Positions 14,050 to 28,172 of a stretch of DNA of 64,000 nt are shown here, piece by piece; position 1 is the stretch's first letter, and the number at the start of each line of letters is the position of its first letter. Under the pieces are notes generated by a model. That model saw nothing but the letters and a program-made list of their open reading frames with translations. It did no database searches and was not told the origin of the DNA. This stretch comes from Sphagnum compactum (lineage: Eukaryota). The DNA lies in the NCBI GenBank assembly GCA_965153455.1, contig OZ234493.1, positions 28,138,213-28,202,212 of the forward strand, given 5' to 3'. The position numbers were made by a program, and so were the translations under genes.

Positions 14050-14334
14050 TCATTGTGGTTTGCCATTCTATCTGGATGTTAGCTATAAACAAGCAGGGTA
14101 TGCAATTGCTGTGCTCTGGCTTTGTGATGCTGTCCTCACAGCTCCTAATTGGTAGTTTGTACCCATTTGGTAAAGTACCTGAAAGTCTGCATGGAAGGGT
14201 AAGCAGGGAGCAAGAAATGACAGCATTGACTTCAGAGCACCCTGAAAAGTTATGTTCCTTGATCCAGAAAAGTTGGGCTTGCCAACCACAGGACCATCCC
14301 AAAGTTCTTGGACATCTGCAAGACTCTAGGGGAG
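14050..14334 (+). pseudogene. Protein kinase C-lobe pseudogene fragment (TKL/Raf-like)
   Basis: FVMLSSQLLIGSLYPFGKVP...PEKLCSLIQKSWACQPQDHP, then after a frameshift KFLDICKTL. Corresponds to kinase subdomains IX-XI (W...P..RP.F..I...L), degenerate. Confidence 0.65.
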
Positions 14335-14474
14335 AATTGGATCTCACTATTTCTTCAAATCCCGATACAGAACGATTGCGTGTACCTGGGGTATAAGCTT
14401 TATACAAACGGATGGTCATAATAAGATGTTGTACTAGGATGAGAAAAATTTTATCTGTTCGGAAATAGCGGGAT
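14335..14474 (-). other. rpl2: NUPT: plastid rpl23 3' end, spacer and rpl2 5' end
   Basis: Minus strand has IPLFPNR* (stop 14453-14451; rpl23-type C-terminus), a 31-bp spacer, then ATG 14419 MTIRLYKAYTPGTRNRSVSGFEEIVRSN (plastid Rpl2 N-terminus). Confidence 0.85.
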
Positions 14475-16248
14475 TTTACAGTCAATCTCTTTGTACATGA
14501 TCTGATTGAAGATAGCTTGATGCATGTCCAGCATTCAATTCTGGAAATGTGACACACAAAGCCATAGGATGAACATATCTAGTGAGCTGTTGTTAGCTAG
14601 TGGAGCCAATGAAGTTCATTGTTGGTTGTACCAGCTTGTCACTGCTATTTGGGATGAAGGTCAGTCTGACATTTTGTGAGTGACTCTCCTAAGGTTATGA
14701 CTGCACTCGTTGTTATGTTATCTTCAAATTGTTGTTCTGGAGAATTCTATGCAATTTCATACATACATGTTCTCCTTTCAATTCATTCATATGCCTTCAT
14801 GCTGACCCTCATCTTATTCAGTTTTGACTTACTTGGTGGGGGGTTTCTGACTCTCTTGCTTGCTACGCATCAGATTAGATGTTCAGAACCTGCCAGCTTA
14901 TGATGAGCACACTAACTAGTTGAAACCTGACATCTGACGCATCCTCATGTTGCCAATGCTATGGCACACAGGGAACTTGTCAATGCACAGTTAAGTTAAC
15001 CTAGCAACTGGGCATGAAAGTGAGAACTGATGCAATAGTAAGATTGCTCCAACCTCTATTGTGAACAATCACACTATGCACAAGACCACTTTGATGGAAA
15101 AGGCCGAGTTTGCAACTATTGTCAAGCACATGCAGGTGTTACATGTCATATATATGTTGGGAACTCATCCAGTCTGTCAGTCTGATGGGTCCTATTGTGC
15201 ATTTCAATGTCTTTGAATACATATAAACTCAAGTATGATAGCATGGGACTAACCTGATGGTAGGTTCATGTGTTGCCATATAGGAGCACCACAAAGCATG
15301 GCCTTCAGCACATAAAAATGGAACTGAGAAAATTAGGAAGTCAGGACTGAGACCTGCACTTGCAACTTAAAGCCATATAGATCTCAACAGGCCCACAAGT
15401 CAAAAGTTCAGCTGTATCACAAGATGAAAATGAGTAAATAATAAAAAAGTTCTGTGCAATGAACTAAAGTTCTCGGCAATGAGATACTTGTCCAACATAA
15501 AAGATAGACCCATTAGAACCACCATCAACGAAGTACATTTCCACCAAACTGGGAAAATAGCAGCCTTGCTGTGCTATTTTGGAGTATGGCAATAGGTCAC
15601 ACTGATGACTTCTATGCCCACAACACTACCATTGCATGCCCAAAGGCATTGTCATGAATTACTTCAGAGTGAACTTTGTGACTGAATCTACCTAGCATGT
15701 CTTGTCATAATCAACATGCTCTAGAGGAAAAACTGCAAAACCTGGGCTATCAGCAATATTGTCAAAGCCTTGCAAAAGCTAGTGAGAAACTCCTTAGCAC
15801 AAAGAAACTTGAGTTGATGATGCCAAGCACTGCAGTAAATTTGAACCATATGTGAAGGACATCAAGATTCTAAATGAAGTGGTCTGACAAAGCCCTGTTA
15901 TTGGCACTAACTAGGACTTTCTATGTTGCTTTCAGTTACATGCCAGAAAGTAATGCAACTGCTGCTAATGCTGAACAATGCTGGGATATCTAAATATCAA
16001 GGTCCTTCAAGTGCTAGTGATGCAGAGGATGCCAGCAGGATAGGCTATTGATGTTCATGTCAGCACTAGGATCTTTACATATCACTCTGGCACATTCCCT
16101 GGGTCATTTGTCAACCCAGTCTTTCTTCATACTGGAATGCACAGTTTACCCAGTTGAAATGTTTGCCAACATCAGAAACGTAAGGTTTAAGGAAAAGATG
16201 GGTGGTCAGGTTTGTTTACAGAATGTAATTTCAGCCAATGTAGAAGGT

Positions 16249-19200
16249 TCAGAGATGCGACGGGGGAAAAGTTTTCTGGATGAATTTTTGGAAGCGCTTG
16301 GAGTATAGCTTGGGCTCAACAGCAGATATGGCAGTTGAATCAAAATGGAATGCCTTATATGCATGCTCAATACGCTTTGTAAGGCTGTAGTTTTGCAGAA
16401 TGTCAATGATGCCAAAATAGAGCACCACATCATGGGACTCTCCAAACAGCTCCCCCTCAAAATTCTGGCTGCCTCGCTCATCAGATCTCTTCTTTACTCG
16501 ATCAGCTCTTGCAGGCATGTTCACACCCAGCTGTATTCTCAACCTGTGTAGAAAAGTTCAATACCATTATTTTCAGACAACACCCTGACAATAAAATGAT
16601 ATCGTGAAGTATACTTTGGTTCAACTTATGAGGACTGAAAATGATACAAAATGGGACAAACCAAACAGAACAACTTATATGGAAAAGAGACTTTGCACAT
16701 AAACATTACCGAGCAGTCCCTGGAAGAAGCAAATCAACCTCAGGATCACCGGCTCCTGATGCACGTAAAGGGCTTCCACGCACATGGATCCCTGGAGTCC
16801 ACTGACTATCATGGCCACTTTCTCGGTTCACCAACATTAAACCTCCTTTTGGACTCCCCTCCTCTTCTGCTCCTGCAAGCCATCACAATTGACTGTGAAT
16901 TGGTAAAAGGGATTGACTTTGCTTGTAGGATAAATCCAAGGATAAATCACAATTCATTTGTGTAACTACTGGAACAGCAGGCTAAAGAAAACCTAGGAAA
17001 TCTGTATAGGAGTGTTCTCTCATAGACATGGCCCTCAATGGGTCTTTTCAGGCAGTACAATTTTGCAAGGGTTAATGGCACTTTTAGAGTAAATCAGGAA
17101 GGGCTCAGGAAAACCATACAGGAAAAGAAAAATAAGAAAGCAAGAGGTTACCATCATCAACTGTACTCATGAAAGATTCATTTGGAAGGAAATCTGGAGT
17201 GGATGAGGGGCCTGGTGACAAAAGAGCTGGATGTCGGGGGGCCCTGAAGTGAAGGCCCAGCAACAAACTGTAGTCCATGATACCCCAGGCCTCTAAAAAC
17301 TTGCAATCCTGCTCAATTTGCCTGTTCCAAAATAACAGCATTTTAGGGTTTGACAGTCTGCCACAGTGCATTAACAAGCTTCTTCTAGTCTCTACTCATT
17401 TCAGGGTGTGGATGACCCAGAAGCATACTCAAATACAGAAAACTTACTTTAGAAGTGACTCTCGCCATAAGGGGTCAAGAATGAATTCATATTCAAGGTC
17501 AAGATCCTTTAGTGTGGTTGTCTCATCAATTTCCACCTTGTCAGCAGAGCGTCCGAGAGAAGATCCTTTTAGGTCAAATCGGCGATGTATGCAGAGATCT
17601 GTACAGAACATGTTGCCCATCACTATAAACCGCACCTGCACCCCCCTACAAAGATCTCAAAACGTGCAAATAATGTGACCCTATACTTTTGCTTACTACA
17701 GCATTGTGGTGTTACACTCCATCCCACATAATGTCCAGGACACTAAGGGAAGAGAGAGAAAAGCCCTCAGTAAAACATATTGCCACCTTTAGCTATCTAG
17801 AAACCACCTGTTTCTTCAAGCCTCAAAATCTTCACAAATAACTTAAACTACAGTCAGGATAAGACCTTGAGCCCAGCAACTACCTTCTGGCCACCATGGG
17901 GTTTGATCCGATGGAGGCCAAAAAACTTGGTGATGAGAGTATTCTCATATGTTTTTACATGGTTGTAGTAGCCTTGCAGCATATCCAACAGCACCTACCA
18001 TCCAATGGCAACAGTCCCAGAATGCCAAAATCAGACATAGCAATGGTCCTGGTATATTATCCTTCAGATCTCTGATGCTACCAATATTATTCTCTGCCGC
18101 AGGTGGAGATTTGGAGAAAGAGAAAGGATGGGCTTGTTGATTTTTAAAATGCTAACAAGAGAAGAGAGGCAGCACATTGGTTCTTGAACAAGATTGATCT
18201 GACAGCCTGGTTAAGATGAGTACAGAGATGAAGCTGACAACAGGCTTACTCACTTGCACTTCAGACTTCTTCATTGTCTTAATCATGAAACGGTCATCGT
18301 GAGAGAGGTAAAATACACTGCCACTCTTTCCAGGAGACATGAGTTCTCTCAGGGCATCATCTCCACAAAGTGATATCATATAGTCTGCAGCATCAATTTT
18401 GAACATCTCCCTCAAGTGCCTGCAAATGAAAGGTCCATTCCCAAGGATTAGGAAAGGCCTCAATTTCAGTTCTTTCAGATGCTTTCAACTCAGTGATGCT
18501 TACTGTCCCAGAGATCAGTCCAAATAATCATTGATTTCTCAGTAGCACCTAGATGCCATACAACAAAGGGTTAGATAGAAGACCTGAAAACCATGGGGCA
18601 ATAGTCCTTCCACTTGAAGTCACATGAGTCATGAGTAGGAGTCAGAGGGGTTCCCCCTCGAGGGAAGTTCATGTGGATCCTAGCACGACCTCCAAAGTCA
18701 CTGGGGCCAATATCACGTTTTGGCTCTGGTGTTATCTTGCCAACAGTGTACCTGTTCATTGAACATTGCCATGAAGAACATAAAGACCTACACCCTATAA
18801 CAAGTTGCCATTGCTCACAAAGCACAAACTTACTGCAGAAAATACTGGATTGATTGATGGACATATGCAAAAGCCTGGATGTAGTAACATCTTTAAGTAA
18901 AAAGGAAAGTAAATTAACCTGATTCCAAGCTGCAAGTTGAGCATGAGGTCATAACTGCGATGGCCCTTAAAAATGGTTTCCCCAGGTCTCTTTATCTCCT
19001 TACTTGCCTTCCGTGCTCGCCTCTTCTTCTGACTAGTAGACCCTACATTTTCCTTCACCAACTCACTCATGAGCACACCCTCTGCATATTCTTGCACCAC
19101 TACAGTGGAGGGAAGGGGTCTGATACTGTCTGGTGGATGCCGGCCACCTGCCTTCTCTACTCCTTCCTGAATAGTTTCCACTGTCAATGGAGTGAATGCA

Positions 19201-20225
19201 TCCAACCCTGGTGCCCTCTCAATAGGAGACTCAATATTCCATTGGTGTTGTGAGAGTTCACTACTCTTTGACTGCTCACCCACCTGGAGAAGCTTCTCAG
19301 ATGACGAGGAGTGGCTTCTTGATTGGCGTGGAGCTCGCAGTTCCCTGCCATCATGGCCAATCCTGTGGAACTGACGTAATGTCCACAAATTGTCATCCCT
19401 AGGTGCAGCTCCCTCACTATTTTGCAGCAAGCTCATATCAGGGGGACGACTGCTTGCAGGATAAAACACTCCTTTCCCATCTTTCAATCCTCTACTCCAG
19501 GTTCCAATGTAGCAGCTCCCATCAACCCAGGTATAGATTCCATGGCCATGCTCAAGGCCACCCAGCCATTGCCCATCAAATTTGTCACCACTTGCCCATG
19601 TCAAAACCCCTTTCCCACACATTAAGCCACCTCTCCACTCACCTAGATACTCATTGCCACGTGCCCACACATACTTTGCAAAGCCTTCTTGGACCCCTTG
19701 CTTCCAATGCCCCTCATAGATATCACCATTGGCATAAGTTTTTCGGCCTAGTCCATGCTTCACATTCATGCTCCATTGACCCTTGTAAGTGGTGCCTCCA
19801 TTCCCAATGTATGTTCCCATCCCATGCATGTAACCCCCCATGAAATCACCCTCATATGTGGCTCCTGTAGGCCATGAAATCTTCCCCTTCCCTGTCTTCT
19901 TTCCTCTTCTCCATTCACCCTCATACATACACCCATCAGCCCACACATACTTGCCAGTTCCTTCAGGCAGGTTGCCCTGCCATGACCCAAAATAGAAATC
20001 ACCATTTGGTAGAGCTTTCTCACCAGTTAGATGTGGCTCCCTGACAGAGGCCCTCACAACAACTGCTTCTTCATCATCCCCCACACTGCAAGTATGGCTC
20101 TTTTGAGGCACCTGAATTTCATCCAACAGAATAGTAGTAGAATCAAAGGGGATTTGCTTGCTGATACCACCGATGAGAAACTCAACTTCCTTCTCAACAC
20201 CCACTTCAGGCAGAGAGCCAGACAT
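16249..20225 (-). CDS. PIP5K: Phosphatidylinositol 4-phosphate 5-kinase, subfamily B (MORN repeats), about 8 coding exons
   Basis: MORN repeats ([21 protein letters not shown]...), [82 protein letters not shown]. First in-frame ATG is at 20225; the ORF track starts at a GTG. Confidence 0.95.
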
Positions 20226-21573
20226 ACAATTGAGAACAGTTGGTGATGTCTTCTCTGGAGCCACTGCACACTTGCGGGCCCACCGCTGGAAATCAAACAA
20301 GCTGTTTCTTACTACTTGAGCTGGTTGATGGACCACATCACTGTCAGTGGCCCAGCCTGAGCCACCTTGAGTCGCCACTGTGCCCACGTTTCCCTTCGGC
20401 TGCCCTTGAGATCGTGCTGGGAGTGCAGAAGCTGCCTGCTATAAATGCAGTATAATCCTAAAAGTCAAACAAGGAACCGCACTGTGAGCACACTGAATGC
20501 TCTTCAACCACTAACACAGCTGCTGGTGTAAACATGCCAAGCAAGAAGAATCCATCTCACTATATCATTTTTGTCGTCTTGAAGTTTTATGTTCTTTCAG
20601 AAATGCACACTATTCTTATACAGTTTTGCAAATGACAGAAGCAGCACGAAACCATGGGCAAAAACTGACACATCCAAATCAAACCCTTACACAGATGTTG
20701 TGTGAGCGAACAAAGATCCAAATTCCAATCTGCCTGCACTCACAAAAAGCTCCCGTTGCAACCCAGGCCCTTGAGGCATCCACAGCTTCTTCGTTTTTTC
20801 TTCTTAGTAAAGCGATGTGTACTTCTTCTCAAAACCCTGTAGAAAATCTGCCGATGTCGCGCCTGGTAATCTACGCGGCGACTCTTAGAATTCCTGAAAA
20901 GAAATCTTGCTTGTGTATTGCATTCTTCTTCCCGCCCCTCGAAACTCTCTCTCTCTCTCTCGCTACTTGGGCAACTTGTTACACACCCCCCGTGCAGAGC
21001 TCCTTTCGAAAAACAAAAATGGAGTGAAGGAAATCGCACCTTTGCACATTAGACGCAACAGCAATTGTCACAACAGGATCCTCTTCGTTCTCATCTCCAC
21101 GCCACAGCTTGCTGTTGAGACTCGTGCTCGCAACGCTGCTGGTATCGGTTCCCCGTAAAGCCTTGCATTTGACGAGACGTGAGAGAGGGCGCAGCAGCAG
21201 GCGGTCCCCAAAACTGCAAACTTTGCAAAGACGGCAAAGACCCGATAGTTTACATGCGCTAATAACTTGGGCTGACGGTAATAATAATGAGACTGAGCGC
21301 GCGCACAGAAGCGATCGACAACAGCTCAGAACCAAAATCTCGCAACGATTATCAAAAGGTCGAAACCCTGATTTTCGTATCATTATTCTTTGTTTGCGAT
21401 TTTGGGATTCGAACCCTGTGTTTCGCCGGGTGAACAGTGTTCGACTTCTCATTTCGCGCTTACGCGGAGTGTCGTCCGCATTTTTTGAGCGCAACGCGCC
21501 CGTTCTTTCGTACAAGTGCAAAATCTGTCGGGGTCGTGTTTGTGGTCGGGTTTTGTTGGAGGTAGGAGGCAAG

Positions 21574-24500
21574 ATGGGCGGGGGAGTGGAGCTTGGGGAA
21601 GGGCTCAAGCTTGTGCCTTGCACGGCCATCGATCTGGCTTTCACCAGGGCGGATGTGACGGTCAAGGCGGTGGACGAGTGGCAGCTCAAGGAGGCGCTCA
21701 ACGTGCTGCTCAAGAAGCGGCTGGGCGTTGGGGTGGGTGACATGGCGGCGCTGGTGGTGCGTAGCGAGAGGAATTTATACAAGAAACGACGGGACGAGCC
21801 CATCGCCAGCGCCGAGCTGCGCTTGTGGGGCGAGGAAGGAGGAGGAGGAGGAGGTGGAGGAGGAGTAGGGGAGTTGCACAAGAAGGGGGGAGCACACGTT
21901 GACAACGTCGGCCGCTTGGTTGTGGATGCAGTGAATGGGCTGGAACTTAACGTTGGGGGATTGAAGGTCCGCTGCTCGGCTCGCATTCAAGAAGTCAATG
22001 ATTTTGAGGTTGTGAAACGGTCGTGGGAAGCTATCTTCGGGCCCAACCCCACAGGTCCGTGAAAGCAAAACAGAGACAGACAAAAGATTACTCTATATTT
22101 CCTGTCATCTCTTTGACTCTCTGTCTCTTCTTTTGCATCACTCAATGCTGAAGTTTTGGTGGAAGTCAAGGTAGAATTTTCAGGGGTTTGTAGGGCTCCA
22201 AGATACAAAGCCAGGTGACGTCCTGTAAAGACACAAGGAATTGATGCAGTCGCATCTTCACTGAGAAATTCTCGGAGGAACCCGTTTTCCCTAACCTTGG
22301 GAGCTGTAACCCTGACATCTGGGAGTTGCTGCATGTCCATGATTCTGCCTTGGTTCAGGAATGAGGCGCACAGGGCCGACTACATTGGTACTGAGAGGTG
22401 TTCCATCGCGGTGGTTTGCGGAACCGCGGGTGTCGTCCAAGCCTTCTGTTCTGGTTACGCACACAATTTTTTCCAAGTTCGGAGAGATTAGGTGAGAATC
22501 ACCCACATTATAGAGTCACTTCAGTTGGGGTATGGAGTTCCAGAGGATCAATCCTTGTATGCTGTTACTATTTTGAGAGAAGAGAGCTTCATGAAATGAG
22601 CTGCGTGCCCAGCTGCAGCCTATATGAAGCTAGATGCCCGGGGGAAGGTTTATCAGTCCTCTCTAAAACATTCTCAAAAAGAATGTAGGCGGTAGATTTC
22701 CCAGCAGCTCATGAATTTGGGGCAAATGGATTTTGTTTCTTGCATGGTACCATCAGGAATTTGGAGGTCATGAGCAATGGAGATGTGAGCAAGGTAGGGA
22801 AGGAGGTTGGAAGCATGGCTGCAACTCTGCAATGCATAGTGTGGGTGCAGTTTGAGAACCATGCAAGCTTCTGCAATGCTGTGCAGTCTCTGTGTGGCCA
22901 TGTGATGCAGAAGGTGGGTCAGAGGTTCCTACTTAAACTTGCTGTAGACTAATCTCACTTGTTTTTTTTCCTCACAGATCTAAACCATTTGCTCTCTTGC
23001 CTCACCTCATTGCCCAAAACAATTACTGATATCCATGATTGTGAACAGGAAGGCTCAAGCTTCAAAGCAACTTATGTAGTAGATTGGGACAGAGAAAACT
23101 ACTTCAGTGAAATCAATATCCGGCGAAGAAAGTTTGAGAAAGAAAGGCTAGAACAGCAAGAACGCAGGCTGCTTGTGGAAGCTGCTCGGAGACAATACAG
23201 TGAGGCACAGCAGGCAAGGTTTGCCCATCTCGAGCAAGAGAGGCTTGAGATTGAACAGAGGGCTAAGATTTTGAGGTGGAGTGCCTTACTTGTTTCTGGT
23301 CAACCTCAGACTTTACTCTATGAGATTGTATGAAAGACTTGGTACATATTCTGAAGGATTAGGGTGTGATGGGTTGCATATCTACAGAAGAGGTTGTGCA
23401 GAATCTAATGAGGAGGCAGAAGGTAGTAGTCTGATGAATGGTGTTGCATGAAGAATAGACCTAGCACTGTTATATGATGGAAGCAAGTTTACAACAAGTT
23501 TGTAGAAACTGGACTTGTGGATTTGGATGGGGACTTCAGGTTGATTGGTTGCTGCTTGACATGGCACAGTTTGTGTGCTGCATTATAATTTTAGGGACGA
23601 GGCAGAACATCACCAACGACTGCAACAGCAGCAACAGGAGGCAGATCAGGCCCGAATGCTCCAAGATGATGTTGACATTGCAGGATTGGAAGATGACTTA
23701 ATTGAGGTAGGCTTTTCTAGCAATCTCTTATCTTTTTTAGCAATTCTGATAATGGGTTTCTTGCTTGGTGGACCCTAGGTTATTCTTGCTGTGTTTCATC
23801 TATAGCATGAGGTATCTGACCAAAAGGCCACAGTTGTGCATAGTATTATGAAGACCGTTGTGTTGCTTCTTTCAATATTGTGGGACACCAGATTTTGGAT
23901 GCTTTTTGCTACTTCCTCATCAGTAATATGAGGATGGCAGGATGGAACTCAGGAGAGGGTTGAGAAATTGGTGAGGCAAGAACAATTGTTGCATGAGGAC
24001 TTGCCTGAGCAATCACTTGAGCGAGAGGAAGAGTCAGAAGAGCACGAGTACAGGGAAGGACATATGAGTCAACTGATTGATCCTTCAGAGGTTTGTCATG
24101 CTAACCCTTATGAGATAATGTGTTGAAGGAACTACTAGATTCTAAACTTGCACTAACGTCAGAGAGGAGGTTGATTGCAATTTGTGTGGTGGACAAGAGA
24201 GAGCGTTTGCACTTGTAAGACTCTGCTTTAATCTAGCATTGTGTCTGCATGTATTTTTCTGGCCAATACACCCTGTGCCTGGTTTGATGGAGCTAGAGGA
24301 GGTAGAGAAAGACCTGTGGTGGTTTGGGATGTGATAGGTTGGTAGACACTACCCTCATGGGCAGCTCATTTCAGTCATGCTCAGTTCATGGTTTTTGTGC
24401 TACTTTCCATATTTCCTCTAGAAAAACACTGTTGCTTGAGTGTTAGCCAACATCACAACTGAGTCTTCCTGTTGCTTCTGGAAACTGAGAATGCAGATGT

Positions 24501-26487
24501 GTTTATAACGGTTTGCCCAAAATATTGGGCTGATTATTATGTGCTTATCTACACTCACCATCAGGAGCTGATGAAGTCAGTGGGTCGTCACTGCTTTTTT
24601 GTGATGAAAGTGCTGGTTCAACCAACACTTTGTGCGTGACTCTCATAGTGTTATGATCACACTCATTACCATGATATTTTCAAAGTGTTGTTGTTGAGAT
24701 TTATCTGTAATGTCATAGATATATACTTCCTATATATTTCCTCTAGAAAACTCCCCATGCAAGAATTTATCTTGTGCATATTTTACCCAGAAAACAGACC
24801 CCAGAAAGCTAGCACTTAAAAGTTCAGTTTTGGGATAAGCAAAAGAGGCAAACAAGGGAGCATGAACCAGCTTTTCACTGTTTCAATTCCTTTGGACTGG
24901 TGGTGTCAGCCTTTGGCAGACTGGACTGCCTTCCCATGTTGCCTGGAGCAGTGGCCACTGTGCAGTGATAGAACTAAACCTTATATTTGACATTGAAAGT
25001 TGGGTTGCCTATTCTAGAGAAATTGGTTCTCAGTTATAGACTGGCATGTTACCTTTTACATTTGAGTAGCAGTATGATTAAGTATCTCTACAGGATTGTA
25101 GGTTCCTTTCTTTGGCACATCATCTATTCTTCTTTTATAAGCTCACTTGATAAGCCAGGGGTGTCTGGCTGGTGGATTGTCACTATGAAATACCAGCCTG
25201 TCCCTACAGCAGGTTAGCTCAATGCCAGGAGGGCTGCCGCAGGGCCTTCCATGTAAGATAAACTCTCAAGTGTCCTTAGGGCACTGCTTGGAGTCCACTT
25301 AACCCTGTTTAAAATGAACACTGTCCTCTCTGCAGATATGACATTGAGAGTAGACATGGTCCTCTTTGCTGTCATTTAGTGGTCAAAGCTAGGCAGGCAA
25401 TCCACCCTGAGGTAAAATCTCTGGTCTTCTGCCTTGGGTATGAAGGCTTGAAGCCCTCATCCTCATCCAAGTCTTTGAAAGCAGGGTTAGGGAAGTTAGC
25501 ACCAAATTGCATATTTCCTCCTTGGCCGTGGACACTTGGCTTTGTGAGGTCCTCTTCATCAATTGTGGTTTACAAAACAATCGACCTGTTGAATTTTCTC
25601 CAACCCTTATCTGTCAAGAGGTGCCCTGGTTTATCAGGATGAGCTTGTTTCCCAGCAATACAGTTTACAATTTATGATATGTGCTATCTGGTATGCTATT
25701 AAGCTCACCCATTTTCTCAGCATGAATACATCCCTCCATGAGCTTGATGTAGGCACCCATTTTCTCAGCATGAATACATCCCTCCATGAGCTTGATGTAG
25801 GCACCCAGATACTCAATGAATAGTTACATTTGTAGTTTTGGCATTGCTTATACATGCCACTTCTCTTAGAAATCTTTTTCTTGGATCAATGGGGAGAGTG
25901 AGACTGCCAAATGGAGAAAATCTTATTGTTAGTACTTGCATGAACTGAAGTGTGGTCTGGTCTGCAATAGAGGTGGCAACCAGAGGAGGACTTGCACAAT
26001 CTGCAGGAGTGGCCCCCCAGACATGATGAAGATGTCTACCATGGTGTTGCAGAAACAGGCCCCATAGAGGAAACAAGTCCTGTCCAGGAAACAAGTCCCA
26101 TTCAGGAAAGACATCCTATTAAGGCAACAAATTCCATCAGGGAAATTATGTAAGTCAAAAGCTCCCAGAAACTTGAATCCTTGCATGACCATATTGCTAG
26201 ATGGGGTTTTGAATTTGGATCAGCAATCCACATCTGTAAACAGAGACATGTTTTGAAGTGTGTGACCACACGTGTGCAGATCCATGGGGGAGCCATCTCA
26301 TTTTGAACAAGAAGATGCTTGTGAGGATGAGGGGCGTTGGGAGCTTGATGTGACCCACAGTCTGGCATCCCTGTCAGCCTCTGAGATGCTAGTGGAGGCA
26401 GGTTTGCAGATCTACTACAAAATTTCCCACAGTGGGAATTCAAGCCCAGAGAAGCGCTTACGGAGTGTGGTTCTGACTGCCAGTTAA
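21574..26487 (+). CDS. AKAP17A/XE7-like RRM splicing-related protein (ZCW7-like)
   Basis: VDEWQLKEAL, KKRRDEPIA, TLVLRGVPSRWFAEPRVSSKPSVLVTHTIFSKFGEIRNL, IVWVQFE, VDWDRENYFS and a Glu/Arg coiled coil. Late exons 23941-24090, 25971-26149 and 26280-26487 are phase-compatible. Confidence 0.85.
25706..25807. repeat. Perfect 48-bp tandem duplication (intronic)
   Basis: cacccattttctcagcatgaatacatccctccatgagcttgatgtagg x2, followed by caccca. Confidence 0.95.
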
Positions 26488-28172
26488 GCTTCAAAGTGAT
26501 TGAGGTGGGGATATCATTTCTCGTCAAATACAAATAGGCTCTCTCAAGTCCTTCTGATGGGATCAATATGTGGGACATGATTTCCAGCTCAGTTTTCATG
26601 TTTGTCAGAGTGCTATTGCTTCCTCACCAAAGATAAACATAAAATCTCAATAAGAAATGTCAGAGAATTCACTTGACACACATGTGCTTGTATCCCTCTC
26701 GCACCTGCTGGGAGTTTTTGGGCTCAGGATTTTGTGGCACAGCTTTCAATGGGATGGGATCTGCATTTCTCCATTGTTCATGTGCCCTATGGTCATTGGA
26801 GACAATAATCCCTTCTAAGAAGTTTTGCTGGTTATCCATTTCTCCATCTGCAAGCATTCTGTGACATAGTGAAACAATTGATTGAAAGGTGGATGCATTT
26901 TCTCTGACCATGTCAATTGAATGGTGTGTTCAACAATTGAAAGCTCATCCAATAGCATACCTCCAACAGACTAGGAGTTCCCCATGTCTTTGGTGTGTTC
27001 CCACATTTTAGGTGTAGAATGACCTTGTCTCCAAAGGCATCTGATCTAGTGCAGTGGATTGAATACAGAGGTTTCAGCTCTATAAGATGTTTGGATCTAA
27101 TGCACAAATTAGTTTTGGACTTGAAAAATCGTTTTTGATATTGAAAGAAAACATCCAGGAAATACTTAGTAGATTTGACACCAACTATATTGTTGTTGCT
27201 TCATTCTCCAAAAAGATGATCTTTGGGTGACAATCTTTTGACACTAGCAGACAGTTTTCCTGTAACGGCATATCAGTGGTTGACTGTATTGCTAGTGCAC
27301 AGTGCCATGGTGATTGTGCTACAGATGTGGATCCCAATTGAAAAGTTCTCAAACATCTTGGTCATTTATATGTTCAATATGTACCTATCAACAATTGTGG
27401 CCTTCAACTCATGAATATATGTACACTTCAAAACCAGGGTTTGAGAGTATATTCTTCCAAAGACAAGTGTCAGCTTCCACTTCTGATGGAGGAGGATAAA
27501 TCATTTCACTAAGGTAATTTTTCCGTAAGGATTGCAGTGAAAAGGAATCACAGAAAGTCAAATGTAGTGAGACCACTTGAATGGCACCTAGAAAGTGGTG
27601 TGGGTAGTGTGGTCTTCTGAAATTTCATAGTCTTCTTTGGGTTCCCACATAGGAGTTTTGATATATTATTGTATAGTCAAATTTGGCCCTCAATTCCAGG
27701 TTTCAGATAAGAATTACTGTCAAATGTATTAAATCATTACATGAAAACTGAATATTGGCAATATTCAATTTTCTTAACTCTTCACTAGGCACATCATTAC
27801 TTTCAAATCAGAGAGAAGTGCTGTGAGAAACAGCATTTGACAGATGGTGCCTAAGCATGTATATTATGAAGCTGAGAGAAAACACAATGACAGTGTTGAC
27901 CATTACTCTCATGTTGGATCAACATTCAAGGAAGGCTTTGTACAAGGACAGGTGTTGCTTTGTTTCCTTTAACTCTTTGTGTATTCAAACGAACTCATAT
28001 GAAAAACAGAGCTATAACTGAAATCAGGTACAGAATGCAAGCAGGCCTAAGGTGGTGGAAAAACATGGAGAAAGAAACCTGAACAAATCCAAAATCTGTT
28101 TTCACCCATCAACAAGAGCTTCAGAGGTTGGAGCAATCTGAACAAGTGTTAGATCTGTTTCTGGCCTATTGA

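Noticed and set aside
14027-14557. 176-aa ORF containing the Rpl2 N-terminus, read as a nuclear rpl2 gene
   Set aside because: Only about 28 Rpl2 codons are present; the rest is antisense kinase pseudogene and flank.
20226-20387. GTG-initiated N-terminal extension of PIP5K
   Set aside because: Artefact of alternative start codons in the ORF track; an in-frame ATG exists at 20225 and nothing supports non-AUG initiation.
20979-21986. 335-aa minus-strand ORF
   Set aside because: Antisense shadow of the GC-rich first exon and UTR of the AKAP17A-like gene; low-complexity with no recognisable domain.
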